Part shown: one piece after another, positions 20,801-28,131 of the stretch | How positions within the stretch are numbered: the first letter of the stretch is position 1 | Layout of the letters: every line of letters starts with the position of its first letter | Source of the DNA: an uncultured Spirochaetota bacterium | GTDB taxonomy: Bacteria; Spirochaetota; Brevinematia; Brevinematales; JAOACQ01 | Length of the DNA stretch: 64,000 bases | Direction: 5' to 3' | NCBI GenBank assembly: GCA_963835575.1 | Contig: CAWIGG010000002.1 | Span: forward strand, 736,001 to 800,000 | Made by a program: the position numbers and the translations under genes | The notes under the pieces: generated by a model | Told to the model about the DNA's origin: nothing | What the model saw: only the letters and a program-made list of their open reading frames with translations | The model's database searches: none

Positions 20801-23296
20801 TATTCCGCGTACCTGATTATGACAAATATTCTGGATACTATCATAGACATCCGCCAGCCTTCCATGGGAGGCACAAACTATTTTAAGGAAGCGATACCTG
20901 TTTATTCGGAATTCCAGAATGAAGACCGCTCTATAAAGACCCTGGATTATTACGGTTATTTATCGAATGACGCGCTGATGGTCCCGACAAACTGGACGCT
21001 TGTTTCTGAGGATGAAAATTATAATAATGATAATAAGCTTTCTGAATATATCTGGAAACAGGAAGGCAATAATCAATACCCTGTTCTGGGCGACGGGAAA
21101 TATGCCGTTCGCGTCGGCTATTCTGATGTTAAGGGTAATATCCGCACCGATGCCAGGTTTGTGAATGTGGATAATACGCCGCCCGCTGCCGAATGCCTTG
21201 TTGACGGTATAAAGCCGGCATCGAATTTTGTTCAGGCGGTCAATTCCTGCATTTTCAGCATTAATGCTTCTGATCCTGTGTCCAATGGGGTCTCTTCCGG
21301 CGTCAGGAGGATATGGTACGCTGTGGATCAACAATCCTATAATAAACAAATAGTGAATTTCCAGCCTGATAAAGATTTCATCAGCCGCTGTATCAGTAAT
21401 AACGGAAGCGGTGATGATTATCAGGTTTACACAGGCCCGATCAAACTGACAAAAGGTGTTTATACGATCGCATACTTCGGCGAGGACTGGGCGCAGAAAG
21501 CGGATATTATAGATGATATTGAAAATAATGGTATGAATAAAAATGAAGAAAACTGGGAAGGCAATTTGAGCGAAGCTCAATTTATTACAATCGAAGTCAG
21601 GGAAGACAGCACAGTACCTGTTGATGTGACGCCGCCTGTAATTACAATATCCGGCGTATCTAATTCGGCATATTATAATAAGCCGGTTAATATCACTGTG
21701 AGCGCTTCAGACGCCGCGCTCAGCGGAATAAAAGTAATACTTGACGGCAATGAACAGACTCATAACGCGTTTACCGTGAGCGGCGAGGGCAGTCATATCC
21801 TGAAAGCCTCTGCCTGGGATATGTCCGGCAATACAAACAGTATGGAGCTTTCTTTTGTGATAGATACGGTCTCTCCGCTGATCACTGTCAACGGCTTGAG
21901 CAATACAAACCTCATAGTTCCGGCGCAAATCTCATATACAGTCAGCGATGAGAATCTGGATTCTTATTCGGCGCGGCTGAATGGAACGCTTCTGACGACT
22001 AATTCGTTTGTTGTCTCCAATGCCGGTTCATACACACTGTCCATAACAGCGCTCGACAGGGCGGGGAATGTGTCCATATATGCAGGGACGTTCACAGCTT
22101 CCGAAATTGATATAACGCCGCCTGTTATTACGGTTACCGGGGTCGGGGAAGGAAGGTACACAAATATTAATCTTTATCTGACAATCACAGTGGAGGATAA
22201 AAATCTCCTGACAAACAAGACTGAAATATTGGCGGACGGGAAATATTATGCAATTACTAATGGAAAGGCTTATGTATCATTCAAATCCGAAGGGTCGCAT
22301 GTTCTTTCGATCTACGCGGAAGATAAATATCATAATGTCTCGGCTTACTATAAGGAAATCATCATCGATAGGAAGGCGCCCCTGATAGAAGTATTGAATG
22401 TTTTTGATCAGCACAGCTATCTGCGGGTGAAGCCGCTTGTCAGGATTACGGATGATTCCGGCAGTATTGTTAACTCGGACGAGTATCTGGTGAAGAATGG
22501 AAATGTCACGAATATCTATACTAATTCTATGATCACCAATACAGGCAGTTATTCGCTCTTTATTATGGCGATAGATGAGGCGGGTAATGCGGCTTATACC
22601 AATATCCGCTTTAATATAGTTAAAGATCCTGACAGCACGATTCTCCTCTATGCCGGGTTTGAGTACCGTGATTCTGCGACAGTATTCTATGGAACAGGCG
22701 GGAATACTATTGCCAATATGACTAACCGTCCTCAATATATCGACGGGTACTATGGCCAGGGCATCATTGCCCATAAAAAGGATTCTCCTGGAGTATCTTA
22801 CAGTATGAAAAGCAATGTTATATGGAACCCGGTTAAAGGCGCTGTCGAATTCGCCTTTAAAAAGTTCTGGTATGAATACTTCTATTGTCATTATGAAAAG
22901 ATGACGCTGTTTGAGGTTAAAGATGATAGTTCCCCTGTCTTCAGCATTTATGTAGACCGGACATACCGCATTATTGTGTCTGCCGGCGGGACAAATTGTG
23001 TTTTGGATGAGAACCGGGATAATGAAGGTGATGAACATGAGCATGATTGGGACAGATGGAGCAAAGTAAAAGTGGTCTATGACCTGAACCCGGCAGACGG
23101 TAAACCTGTGATCAAGCTATATATAGGTGATATTTTAAAAGGCAAATGGTTTATCACAGCACCGGTTATAAATGCGGCCGGAAAGAACTACCGGATTAAT
23201 TTCGGCTTCGGCGAAGGCGAAAAGTGTTATACAGACGAACACATGCACCTGGATGAGTTGAAGATTTTTGAGGATTTTATTGATTTAAAGGATTAA
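14846..23296 (+). CDS. Giant fusion: truncated BcsA-like GT2 (~310 aa) plus ~2500 aa of Ig-like/FlgD-Ig repeats and a C-terminal LamG-like domain
   Basis: AGGAGG RBS before ATG 14846; DD, AKAGN, DAD, QAPQ, TED motifs but no QxxRW; many D.AGN...D..PP repeats; three W(D/N)G...PDG.Y motifs; C-terminal G.VEF..K...LDELKIF. Confidence 0.8.
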   Translation: MPNTLIIVKTAVLGCAVLVLIMLYRLSRRPGGPFRKTLIVLSLFFSSAYILWRIFYTSPYRTPEDNPVFLIFFIILLLMEFLDFLNAVVLKMISWNPYVPPKIPDNDEGTVQSVDVLVLTFHEDIGLLEKTAAACLRLKYAGDFLRIHICDDAARPEVEELSRRLNINYIKRDRPDNAKAGNINNALGQTSGALVLVLDADMIVRQDFLEKTVPYFLRPETGFVQAPQTFYNPDPFQHNLRLDRRVPNEQDLFMRHIEPCRASANAVLHVGTNAVFRRSALEKAGGVPYGSVTEDLALGLLVESLGYEGFTIGTGKDCIKVVSIETNALSNLTGFTVSNAADEPFNTGAIRVDNHGLSYSMAQTGVKENIFNNYSYPSGYDPGLVRISDWDIGLFTYTNGGLTNAASGLFAADIFNSFNHGLTPEEQNGSFTVLADNPSQFVYRTFEQGMPSTNGDIFTNVWDGVNENTGMVMPDGVYYSKVYSFDAASNQSARTIPFEIDNTPPSLAVTYPVTDQTVGGMIDITGSIIDKRLAYYTAVISNNGVGYDVSSGTGVVSNGVIGSFDTLGLVNNIESRLYITAVDGVSNSASICVPFIITNSEDVVFRIVKVENSVLNSKGRLRITYYYKDVTVSIQDAGMPVFQTNYTTEGTDVFEFTPAGKTDGNYTLAFQALVNIPGRNPVVRNVSYEVDNTPPALAMTGLSGGGILRGVIGFDGSVIDKNLLSYSLILSNSTGDEESVIVSEGMTGISSGRIGVFDSAGINANSPFDGTNQYAVILRAYDSAGNTNEIVKTIYIDNAEPFADLTAGRKYRLSGLNGPAALTLTAQDVHLAGASLYTMDSGGIYHKTVDWSGIVSGVNTVTWNCSSLSGTVPAALYTYDLAGNTNTRTYTFTIDNKVPEIRNLTASQAMTRLILSADLWDNDLLARYEVGVQSGPEYRVYASEDMETNERSISVDEAFADFEASAATVFVKVWDFAGNETVTNFDITADSLPPVAGIETPSDNTVSGGVMHFKGTLLDNNMARAELLLDGTVIYSVLCGAFSNTIEYDLDTKGLPDGTHSLTLRGYDYAGNVGAAFVRFTSDNTPPLISLRALRNGSDASIGASAGALDFYLNYSDANPASYKLTFINGGIQETALEGTVESIYSGRFIGTLDTAVRNLNGIYQFMIEGVDLAGNRSTNYLTLDIDNSAPVLAWNSLDSGRAFDSPGFLPKVRGIVSAGFTLTDAHSVNYTASCGALTSTGTVNSGAVVWPLDTALMGEGLQSLEITAVDATGNRSSWTTNFIVDRTAPALSLTAGPEIYSPLVPDNKLNINVTANETVKLQSVEIDDETGLKGKLDITGVIPAGSSLFAWDGRTAGAALPDGNYRIKVTASDEAGNTSEACSGTIFYRNDNRPPLVTVLETNNVFSPALRPFRIRYEALNDSTDLSNIVISTLTVSSAGMDVFRIVATNQEGVIGLEWNGLNSTGRAPDGNYDAILNVADAAGNAVQVRFVITVDSVPPVLEQLTLSRVKISKNNPLKNQSEIHLAVSDKNLIESMMYSIDRYDMNILETTNEVGLSNYILDSVFKEEDNALYTISFSFIDSASNESKFTTNIEVDNNPPDFGLDMKGNYFTTNDGSELKIFVNTNVTVRPVIESADTAAMYWGLVPEGTAPVLAECTTNDVMKLEGKADGRYMFTRAAVDDVGNGLTNSLIFTVDGTSPFVSLNYPSNQIGIGLLTNGGKKYLSFSNEIIVQGSDSGSGLAGLWIRVENLSNGYFDEIPLEDPSNSLSFDSLGINEPGDYLITAVAFDHVTNIGVTWDYVSLPLPDRTPPVSALAISGSYNVINGDVYASSNTTFIITAADNPGLNDGCASGVNRTEISINGGDWQTYSVPVIFTMSGTYVMEYRSVDNAGNIEEAKTVRVIVQNSVTAVSGLRSLVLDRTNIIYQWNITNNIAPENFELTALGTNFTTTNSYFILTNIALALTNMPLFVEAKVRAVNQAGLYSAYLIMTNILDTIIDIRQPSMGGTNYFKEAIPVYSEFQNEDRSIKTLDYYGYLSNDALMVPTNWTLVSEDENYNNDNKLSEYIWKQEGNNQYPVLGDGKYAVRVGYSDVKGNIRTDARFVNVDNTPPAAECLVDGIKPASNFVQAVNSCIFSINASDPVSNGVSSGVRRIWYAVDQQSYNKQIVNFQPDKDFISRCISNNGSGDDYQVYTGPIKLTKGVYTIAYFGEDWAQKADIIDDIENNGMNKNEENWEGNLSEAQFITIEVREDSTVPVDVTPPVITISGVSNSAYYNKPVNITVSASDAALSGIKVILDGNEQTHNAFTVSGEGSHILKASAWDMSGNTNSMELSFVIDTVSPLITVNGLSNTNLIVPAQISYTVSDENLDSYSARLNGTLLTTNSFVVSNAGSYTLSITALDRAGNVSIYAGTFTASEIDITPPVITVTGVGEGRYTNINLYLTITVEDKNLLTNKTEILADGKYYAITNGKAYVSFKSEGSHVLSIYAEDKYHNVSAYYKEIIIDRKAPLIEVLNVFDQHSYLRVKPLVRITDDSGSIVNSDEYLVKNGNVTNIYTNSMITNTGSYSLFIMAIDEAGNAAYTNIRFNIVKDPDSTILLYAGFEYRDSATVFYGTGGNTIANMTNRPQYIDGYYGQGIIAHKKDSPGVSYSMKSNVIWNPVKGAVEFAFKKFWYEYFYCHYEKMTLFEVKDDSSPVFSIYVDRTYRIIVSAGGTNCVLDENRDNEGDEHEHDWDRWSKVKVVYDLNPADGKPVIKLYIGDILKGKWFITAPVINAAGKNYRINFGFGEGEKCYTDEHMHLDELKIFEDFIDLKD

Positions 23297-23298
23297 AT

Positions 23299-23401
23299 AA
23301 ACCACGAAGACACGAAGAGCACGAAGGACCACAAAGGAAAAAGGGTATTAAGAATAATACCAATGTTAGTGAATCTTGGTGTTCTTTGTGTCTTAGTGGT
23401 T
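23299..23401. repeat. Gene-less (MITE/REP-like) copy of the GxxExxY-flanking inverted repeat
   Basis: AACCACGAAGACACGAAGAGCACGAAGGACCACAAAG ... GTTAGTGAATCTTGGTGTTCTTTGTGTCTTAGTGGTT. Confidence 0.75.
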
Positions 23402-23461
23402 AAAAATAAGAATTTATTAAACCAAAAATCTTACTTTATTGAATGATAATAGGAGAATTTT

Positions 23462-24106
23462 ATGAAATTTGTTTTATTAATCGTTTTCATACCCGCCCTG
23501 CTGTTTTCGACAACCATACAGGAAATATATCAGCAGCTTGACGTCTATCAGAAAAGGATCCAGTCGCTTCAGGCGGAATTTTTGATCGAAATCCATGGAA
23601 CAAAGCGGACGGCCTCTGTCCAGAAAGGAGTTTTTACCTATCTGGATTATTACGGAACGATGCTCCAGTATAACGAACCGGTCAAAATGACTATTGAGCT
23701 CAGGAATAACGGTGATATCGTATTTAACGGAAAAAAACAACAGACAATGACCAATTCTTATCAGATGGGGGACATCTATTTCCTCTATTATTTAAATAAT
23801 TACAGCCTGAAGATAGACAAGGAAGATACGGGCATTGTTTATATTTCAGGTTATGAAAAAAGCGATGTTAAAAAAGTAAATGTGAAAAGAATTCTGAAAT
23901 TGAGGTTTGATAAAGGCCTGCATGTTATTGATAAAATTCAGTATATAGGCAATGAAAACGATTTCCCGTATGAAATATTGGCCGGATATTTAGTGATTCA
24001 GGGAATTCCAGTTATGCAGAGGCTTGACATGAATATTTCAGCCTATTCGGTCAGCGTAAATTCCGTGTTCCGGCTGTCCAATATAAATTTGATAATGAAG
24101 CAATAA
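23462..24106 (+). CDS. LolA-like periplasmic protein
   Basis: Signal peptide; IQSLQAEF...QKG.F...LQYNEP pattern. Confidence 0.6.
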   Translation: MKFVLLIVFIPALLFSTTIQEIYQQLDVYQKRIQSLQAEFLIEIHGTKRTASVQKGVFTYLDYYGTMLQYNEPVKMTIELRNNGDIVFNGKKQQTMTNSYQMGDIYFLYYLNNYSLKIDKEDTGIVYISGYEKSDVKKVNVKRILKLRFDKGLHVIDKIQYIGNENDFPYEILAGYLVIQGIPVMQRLDMNISAYSVSVNSVFRLSNINLIMKQ

Positions 24107-24325
24107 CAGCCGCAGCCTTTTCTTTAGCCATGCCGGAATAGGTTCCAGTCTGACAGCCGGCAGAATACCTATGACAGTCAGTATTATCAGCATTTTTAAT
24201 AAAAGTAAAAACCAGGAAGAGCTGTCCGGGAATTTTTAAACGCACAAGAATACTCCCATATTTGATTATAAATTATTGCATTAGAATAAAAAAAGAAAAA
24301 TATTATGACTGGTTTAAAAGAAAAG

Positions 24326-24354
24326 TTGATTATTTATTCAAAACTCAGTATAAT
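24326..24354 (+). promoter_or_regulatory. sigma70-type promoter for the secretin operon
   Basis: TTGATT-N17-TATAAT. Confidence 0.5.
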
Positions 24355-24452
24355 TATTTCTCTTTAAAAGAGTTAGAATAAATTTAAAGCCGGGAATATC
24401 TCTGTTAAATTACAAAACGGCTGTGTATTTATATCTTATGAACGAGTGTTTT

Positions 24453-24947
24453 ATGAAGAAATCATCCTGCATACCGGCATCATTATACCTTTTACTGTTT
24501 TTTGCTCTCCTATCGTTCCAATGCTCAAAATCCGGGAATGGAAGCAGCCAATCCTCATACCAGACAAACGCTGTCCTGCCGAGTATTACAAACAATAATA
24601 TGAAAGTATTTAAACATGTACAGATATTGAAAAAAAAACTGGTGAGAAAGAAGGAAAATGAACCTTTTATAAAGAAAAGCGATAAAAAAATCATGGGCCC
24701 TTCTGTTGAAGGAAAAAAACCAGTCTATGTTTCAGCGTCAAATGACAGCAGTTTATCCGTTATAAAGGATGGTGTACAGCAAACCAATCAAATAAATAAT
24801 GACGGGGAATATTTCATCAAGTTCTATCAGAAAAGCAGGACTAATGTCTGGATTAAGAAGGATTTGTCCAATAAAACCACCGATGAAAAAGAGGAAGGCC
24901 TTGTCGGAGAAGAAGGCAATGTTCTTTATCAAAAGGTCACCCAATAG
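24453..24947 (+). CDS. Putative lipoprotein upstream of secretin
   Basis: Hydrophobic stretch ending in SFQC, Lys-rich body. Confidence 0.55.
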   Translation: MKKSSCIPASLYLLLFFALLSFQCSKSGNGSSQSSYQTNAVLPSITNNNMKVFKHVQILKKKLVRKKENEPFIKKSDKKIMGPSVEGKKPVYVSASNDSSLSVIKDGVQQTNQINNDGEYFIKFYQKSRTNVWIKKDLSNKTTDEKEEGLVGEEGNVLYQKVTQ

Positions 24948-24969
24948 GTGCGGCAGAGGAGGAAAGAAA

Positions 24970-26337
24970 ATGAAAACCAGAGTAATTGTTATTTGTATGC
25001 TTTTTATCTGTTTTGTGATTAAAGGAAGTATTGCGCAGGAAACAACCATGGACTCGGAAGGAAGCACCATCATCCAGCTGAAGGACAACCTGGTTGAAAA
25101 CCTGAGCGGCGACTTTACAGCGACCTTTCAAAATACCCCTGTAAAAGACGTGTTCAGGATATTCGCCCTGCAGAGCGGATTGAATATCATGGTGAGCCCT
25201 AACATAAAGAATAATGTCACGGCCAATTTTACAAAGGTATCGATAAAGGACGCTTTTCTGGCAATCCTCTCGGCAAACAGCATTTATTATCTTGTGCAGG
25301 GAGCAATAGTCAAAATTATGACTCTCCATGAATATAAAAATGAACTGCTCAGGAATTATGTCACAACAAAAGTATATGACGCATCTATTATCGATATAAA
25401 AAATCTGCCTGTGATCCTGAAGCCGCTTCTTTCGCCCGGCGTCGGCAATTTTGCCATAGACACGCAGTCTTCGAAAATCATTATAACGGACATCAAGGAC
25501 AATTTTGACCGGCTTGATAAGCTCTTTAAAGAACTGGCCAGCCTTCCTAAATTGGTAGAAATAGAGACAAAGATTGTCGAGATCGATTTCAGCGATGCAA
25601 ATCAGGTTGGAATAAATTGGTCGGCCCTGAATATTCAGGGAATGGGCAACATTTCCCTGACGACTATGGTTTCGAACGGGATCAATTCCGCTTCGGCCCT
25701 TAATGTCAGCGCTCATTACATGGATCCGCTGGGAATGACGGCCGATGCTCTTCTTTCATTAATAGGGCAGGACCATAAAACCAGATTGATATCCCAGCCG
25801 CGCATACTGGCCATAAACCGGGAGGAAGCGGTAATTCACATCGGCGGTAAAACGCCTTATATCAGCAGTGTCATACGGTCCCAGACAACCTCGGATGTCA
25901 CTTCCCAGGTCGCTTTTATAGACATCGGCATCAAGATTACCGTTACTCCGATGATCACACCGGATGACGAGATCAAAATTGATTTGAAAGGCGAGGTCAC
26001 TTCGGCCGATTTGATCAATCTCTCAACTGATGTCAAGGCGCCCCAGATAACCACAACGGAAATCAGCTGTATGCCGATTGTCAAGGATAACCAGCCTATT
26101 ATTATCGGCGGGCTTCTCAAAACAACAGTTACAAGAGACCGTACCGGGGTGCCTATTTTAAAGGATATTCCCCTCATCAACCTGCTGTTTTCTTACACTG
26201 CAGATACAATTACCCGTTCCGAAATGGTGATATTTATAACCCCTCGTCTGATAAAAGACGGGAAAAGTAATATTACCTTTAAAGCGGTATCGGACAATGT
26301 CCTGAATGAAGTAGGCATGACCAATACTAATAAATGA
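24970..26337 (+). CDS. gspD: Secretin (GspD/PilQ family)
   Basis: VEIETKIVE, GINW, SQPRIL, IIIGGL, GVPILKDIPLI, IFITPRLI motifs; signal peptide from ATG 24970. Confidence 0.9.
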   Translation: MKTRVIVICMLFICFVIKGSIAQETTMDSEGSTIIQLKDNLVENLSGDFTATFQNTPVKDVFRIFALQSGLNIMVSPNIKNNVTANFTKVSIKDAFLAILSANSIYYLVQGAIVKIMTLHEYKNELLRNYVTTKVYDASIIDIKNLPVILKPLLSPGVGNFAIDTQSSKIIITDIKDNFDRLDKLFKELASLPKLVEIETKIVEIDFSDANQVGINWSALNIQGMGNISLTTMVSNGINSASALNVSAHYMDPLGMTADALLSLIGQDHKTRLISQPRILAINREEAVIHIGGKTPYISSVIRSQTTSDVTSQVAFIDIGIKITVTPMITPDDEIKIDLKGEVTSADLINLSTDVKAPQITTTEISCMPIVKDNQPIIIGGLLKTTVTRDRTGVPILKDIPLINLLFSYTADTITRSEMVIFITPRLIKDGKSNITFKAVSDNVLNEVGMTNTNK

Positions 26338-26466
26338 ATTGGGGACAGTCATGAAAAAGATAAAACTCAGCGATTCTGCCGGCACCGCGGAGTCCCGTTT
26401 CTTATGCCAGTGCAATGAGCGGATAAGGGCTGACGCGTTTCCCGCCGGTGCATTGAGGAGTTTTTT

Positions 26467-28113
26467 ATGAGCAAATACCTGGGCATTTTATTATTGGAAA
26501 ACAATATCATCAGCCAGAGGGAACTGGAAGAAGTCCTGAAAATACAGGAAAATTCCGGTAAAAAACTGGGAAGAATACTCTGTGAAAAAGGTTTTATCGA
26601 TGAGCCGACCCTTTATACCTATCTGGAAAAACAGATGGGCGTGAATTTTCAGTCTGAAATCCCGGAAAGGCCTGAAGATAAGGATTTTAAACAGCTTTCA
26701 TATGAATACTGTAGGGAAAGATTGATAGCCCCGAAAGTAATAGATCAGTCAAAAATCAAGATATATATTAACGATCCCGCCAATACCGCGCTTAATAATG
26801 AGCTTTCCTTTATTACCGGGAAAACGGTCCATCCGGAATATGCGACAGAAAGCGCAATACTGAATTACCTTAATCAATATGAGTCCGGAAAAACACAAAA
26901 AACTCCCAGGAAAACGAAAGAGTCCTCGGAGATCCTGGCTCCCGCGATTCAATATGTTGATAAAGTGCTGGAAAAAGCGATAGAGGGGAACGCCTCGGAC
27001 ATCCATTTTGAGTTGTACAAGGAAAAAAGCTTTTTAAAATACAGGCTTAATGGAGTGCTGACTTTAATCGAAGAAATTGATCCTTCCTTATATTCATCTT
27101 TCCTGTCCCGTATCAAGGTTTTATCCGATCTGGATATTTCCGAAAAAAGACTGCCCCAGGACGGCAAGTTCGCTTTTTCATACAATGACCGTCTGGTTGA
27201 CATCAGGGTTTCGGTAATACCGGTAATTTATGGAGAGAACGCGGTTCTCAGGATCCTGGACAAGGAAAAATCGGTGCTTCAGCTGGAGCAGATAGGCCTG
27301 CCTGACGACAAGGTGGAATTGCTGAAAAAAGAGGCCAGGAAGCCGTTCGGAATGATATTGTTTACCGGACCCACCGGGAGCGGGAAAACTACGTCGCTTT
27401 ATGCCATTCTTCAGTATTTGAAACAGTTCGGCCAGAAAATCATTACCATAGAAGATCCTGTTGAGTATCAGATTGACGGGGTCTCGCAGGTCCAGGCCCA
27501 TACTGAAATCGGCCTTGATTTTGCGCGCGGGCTCCGCTCGTTTTTAAGGCATGATCCGGATATAATCATGGTCGGAGAAATTAGGGATAAAGAGACGGCG
27601 GAAGTCGCGATCCGTGCGGCATTGACCGGACATATGGTGTTATCGACAGTTCATACAAACAACACAGCCAGCGCTGTGGCCCGTTTTCTTGAAATGGGCA
27701 TTCCATCGTATTTAATCAGCTCGACCATCAATCTGGTGATCGCGCAAAGGCTGGTCAGGGAGATATGTCCCTCCTGCAAAATAGAAAAAAAACTGGAAAA
27801 GGAAGAACTTCATGCCTATCATATTGAAAACAGGTTTAAGGAAGGGGAGAAGGTTTATTTTGGGAAAGGATGCAAAAATTGCCGAAAGACCGGTTATATC
27901 GGCCGGAGGGCTGTTTTCGAGATCATGAAAATGACGAAAACCATTAAAAATGCCGTTTTGAGCAATGCCAGTTCGCTTGAAATCGGACGGCTGACTGAAG
28001 AGGAAGATATGATCACCCTGAAAGAATTCACTATAAATCTTGTCAAAGCCGGAATAACAACCCTGGAAGAACTGGATAGGGTTGTTGATGTCGTGGAAGA
28101 AAACGATTTGTGA
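26467..28113 (+). CDS. gspE: GspE/PilB secretion ATPase with MshEN domain
   Basis: ASDIH, RLPQDG, GPTGSGKT, TIEDPVE, GEIRD, tetra-Cys; N-terminal LG.LL..(I)IS..L...L..Q repeat pair. Confidence 0.93.
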   Translation: MSKYLGILLLENNIISQRELEEVLKIQENSGKKLGRILCEKGFIDEPTLYTYLEKQMGVNFQSEIPERPEDKDFKQLSYEYCRERLIAPKVIDQSKIKIYINDPANTALNNELSFITGKTVHPEYATESAILNYLNQYESGKTQKTPRKTKESSEILAPAIQYVDKVLEKAIEGNASDIHFELYKEKSFLKYRLNGVLTLIEEIDPSLYSSFLSRIKVLSDLDISEKRLPQDGKFAFSYNDRLVDIRVSVIPVIYGENAVLRILDKEKSVLQLEQIGLPDDKVELLKKEARKPFGMILFTGPTGSGKTTSLYAILQYLKQFGQKIITIEDPVEYQIDGVSQVQAHTEIGLDFARGLRSFLRHDPDIIMVGEIRDKETAEVAIRAALTGHMVLSTVHTNNTASAVARFLEMGIPSYLISSTINLVIAQRLVREICPSCKIEKKLEKEELHAYHIENRFKEGEKVYFGKGCKNCRKTGYIGRRAVFEIMKMTKTIKNAVLSNASSLEIGRLTEEEDMITLKEFTINLVKAGITTLEELDRVVDVVEENDL

Positions 28114-28131
28114 TCTGAGAAGTTATCGTCC

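Noticed and set aside
24799..24969. N-terminal extension of the secretin
   Set aside because: Overlaps the upstream lipoprotein gene; RBS and signal peptide fit ATG 24970.
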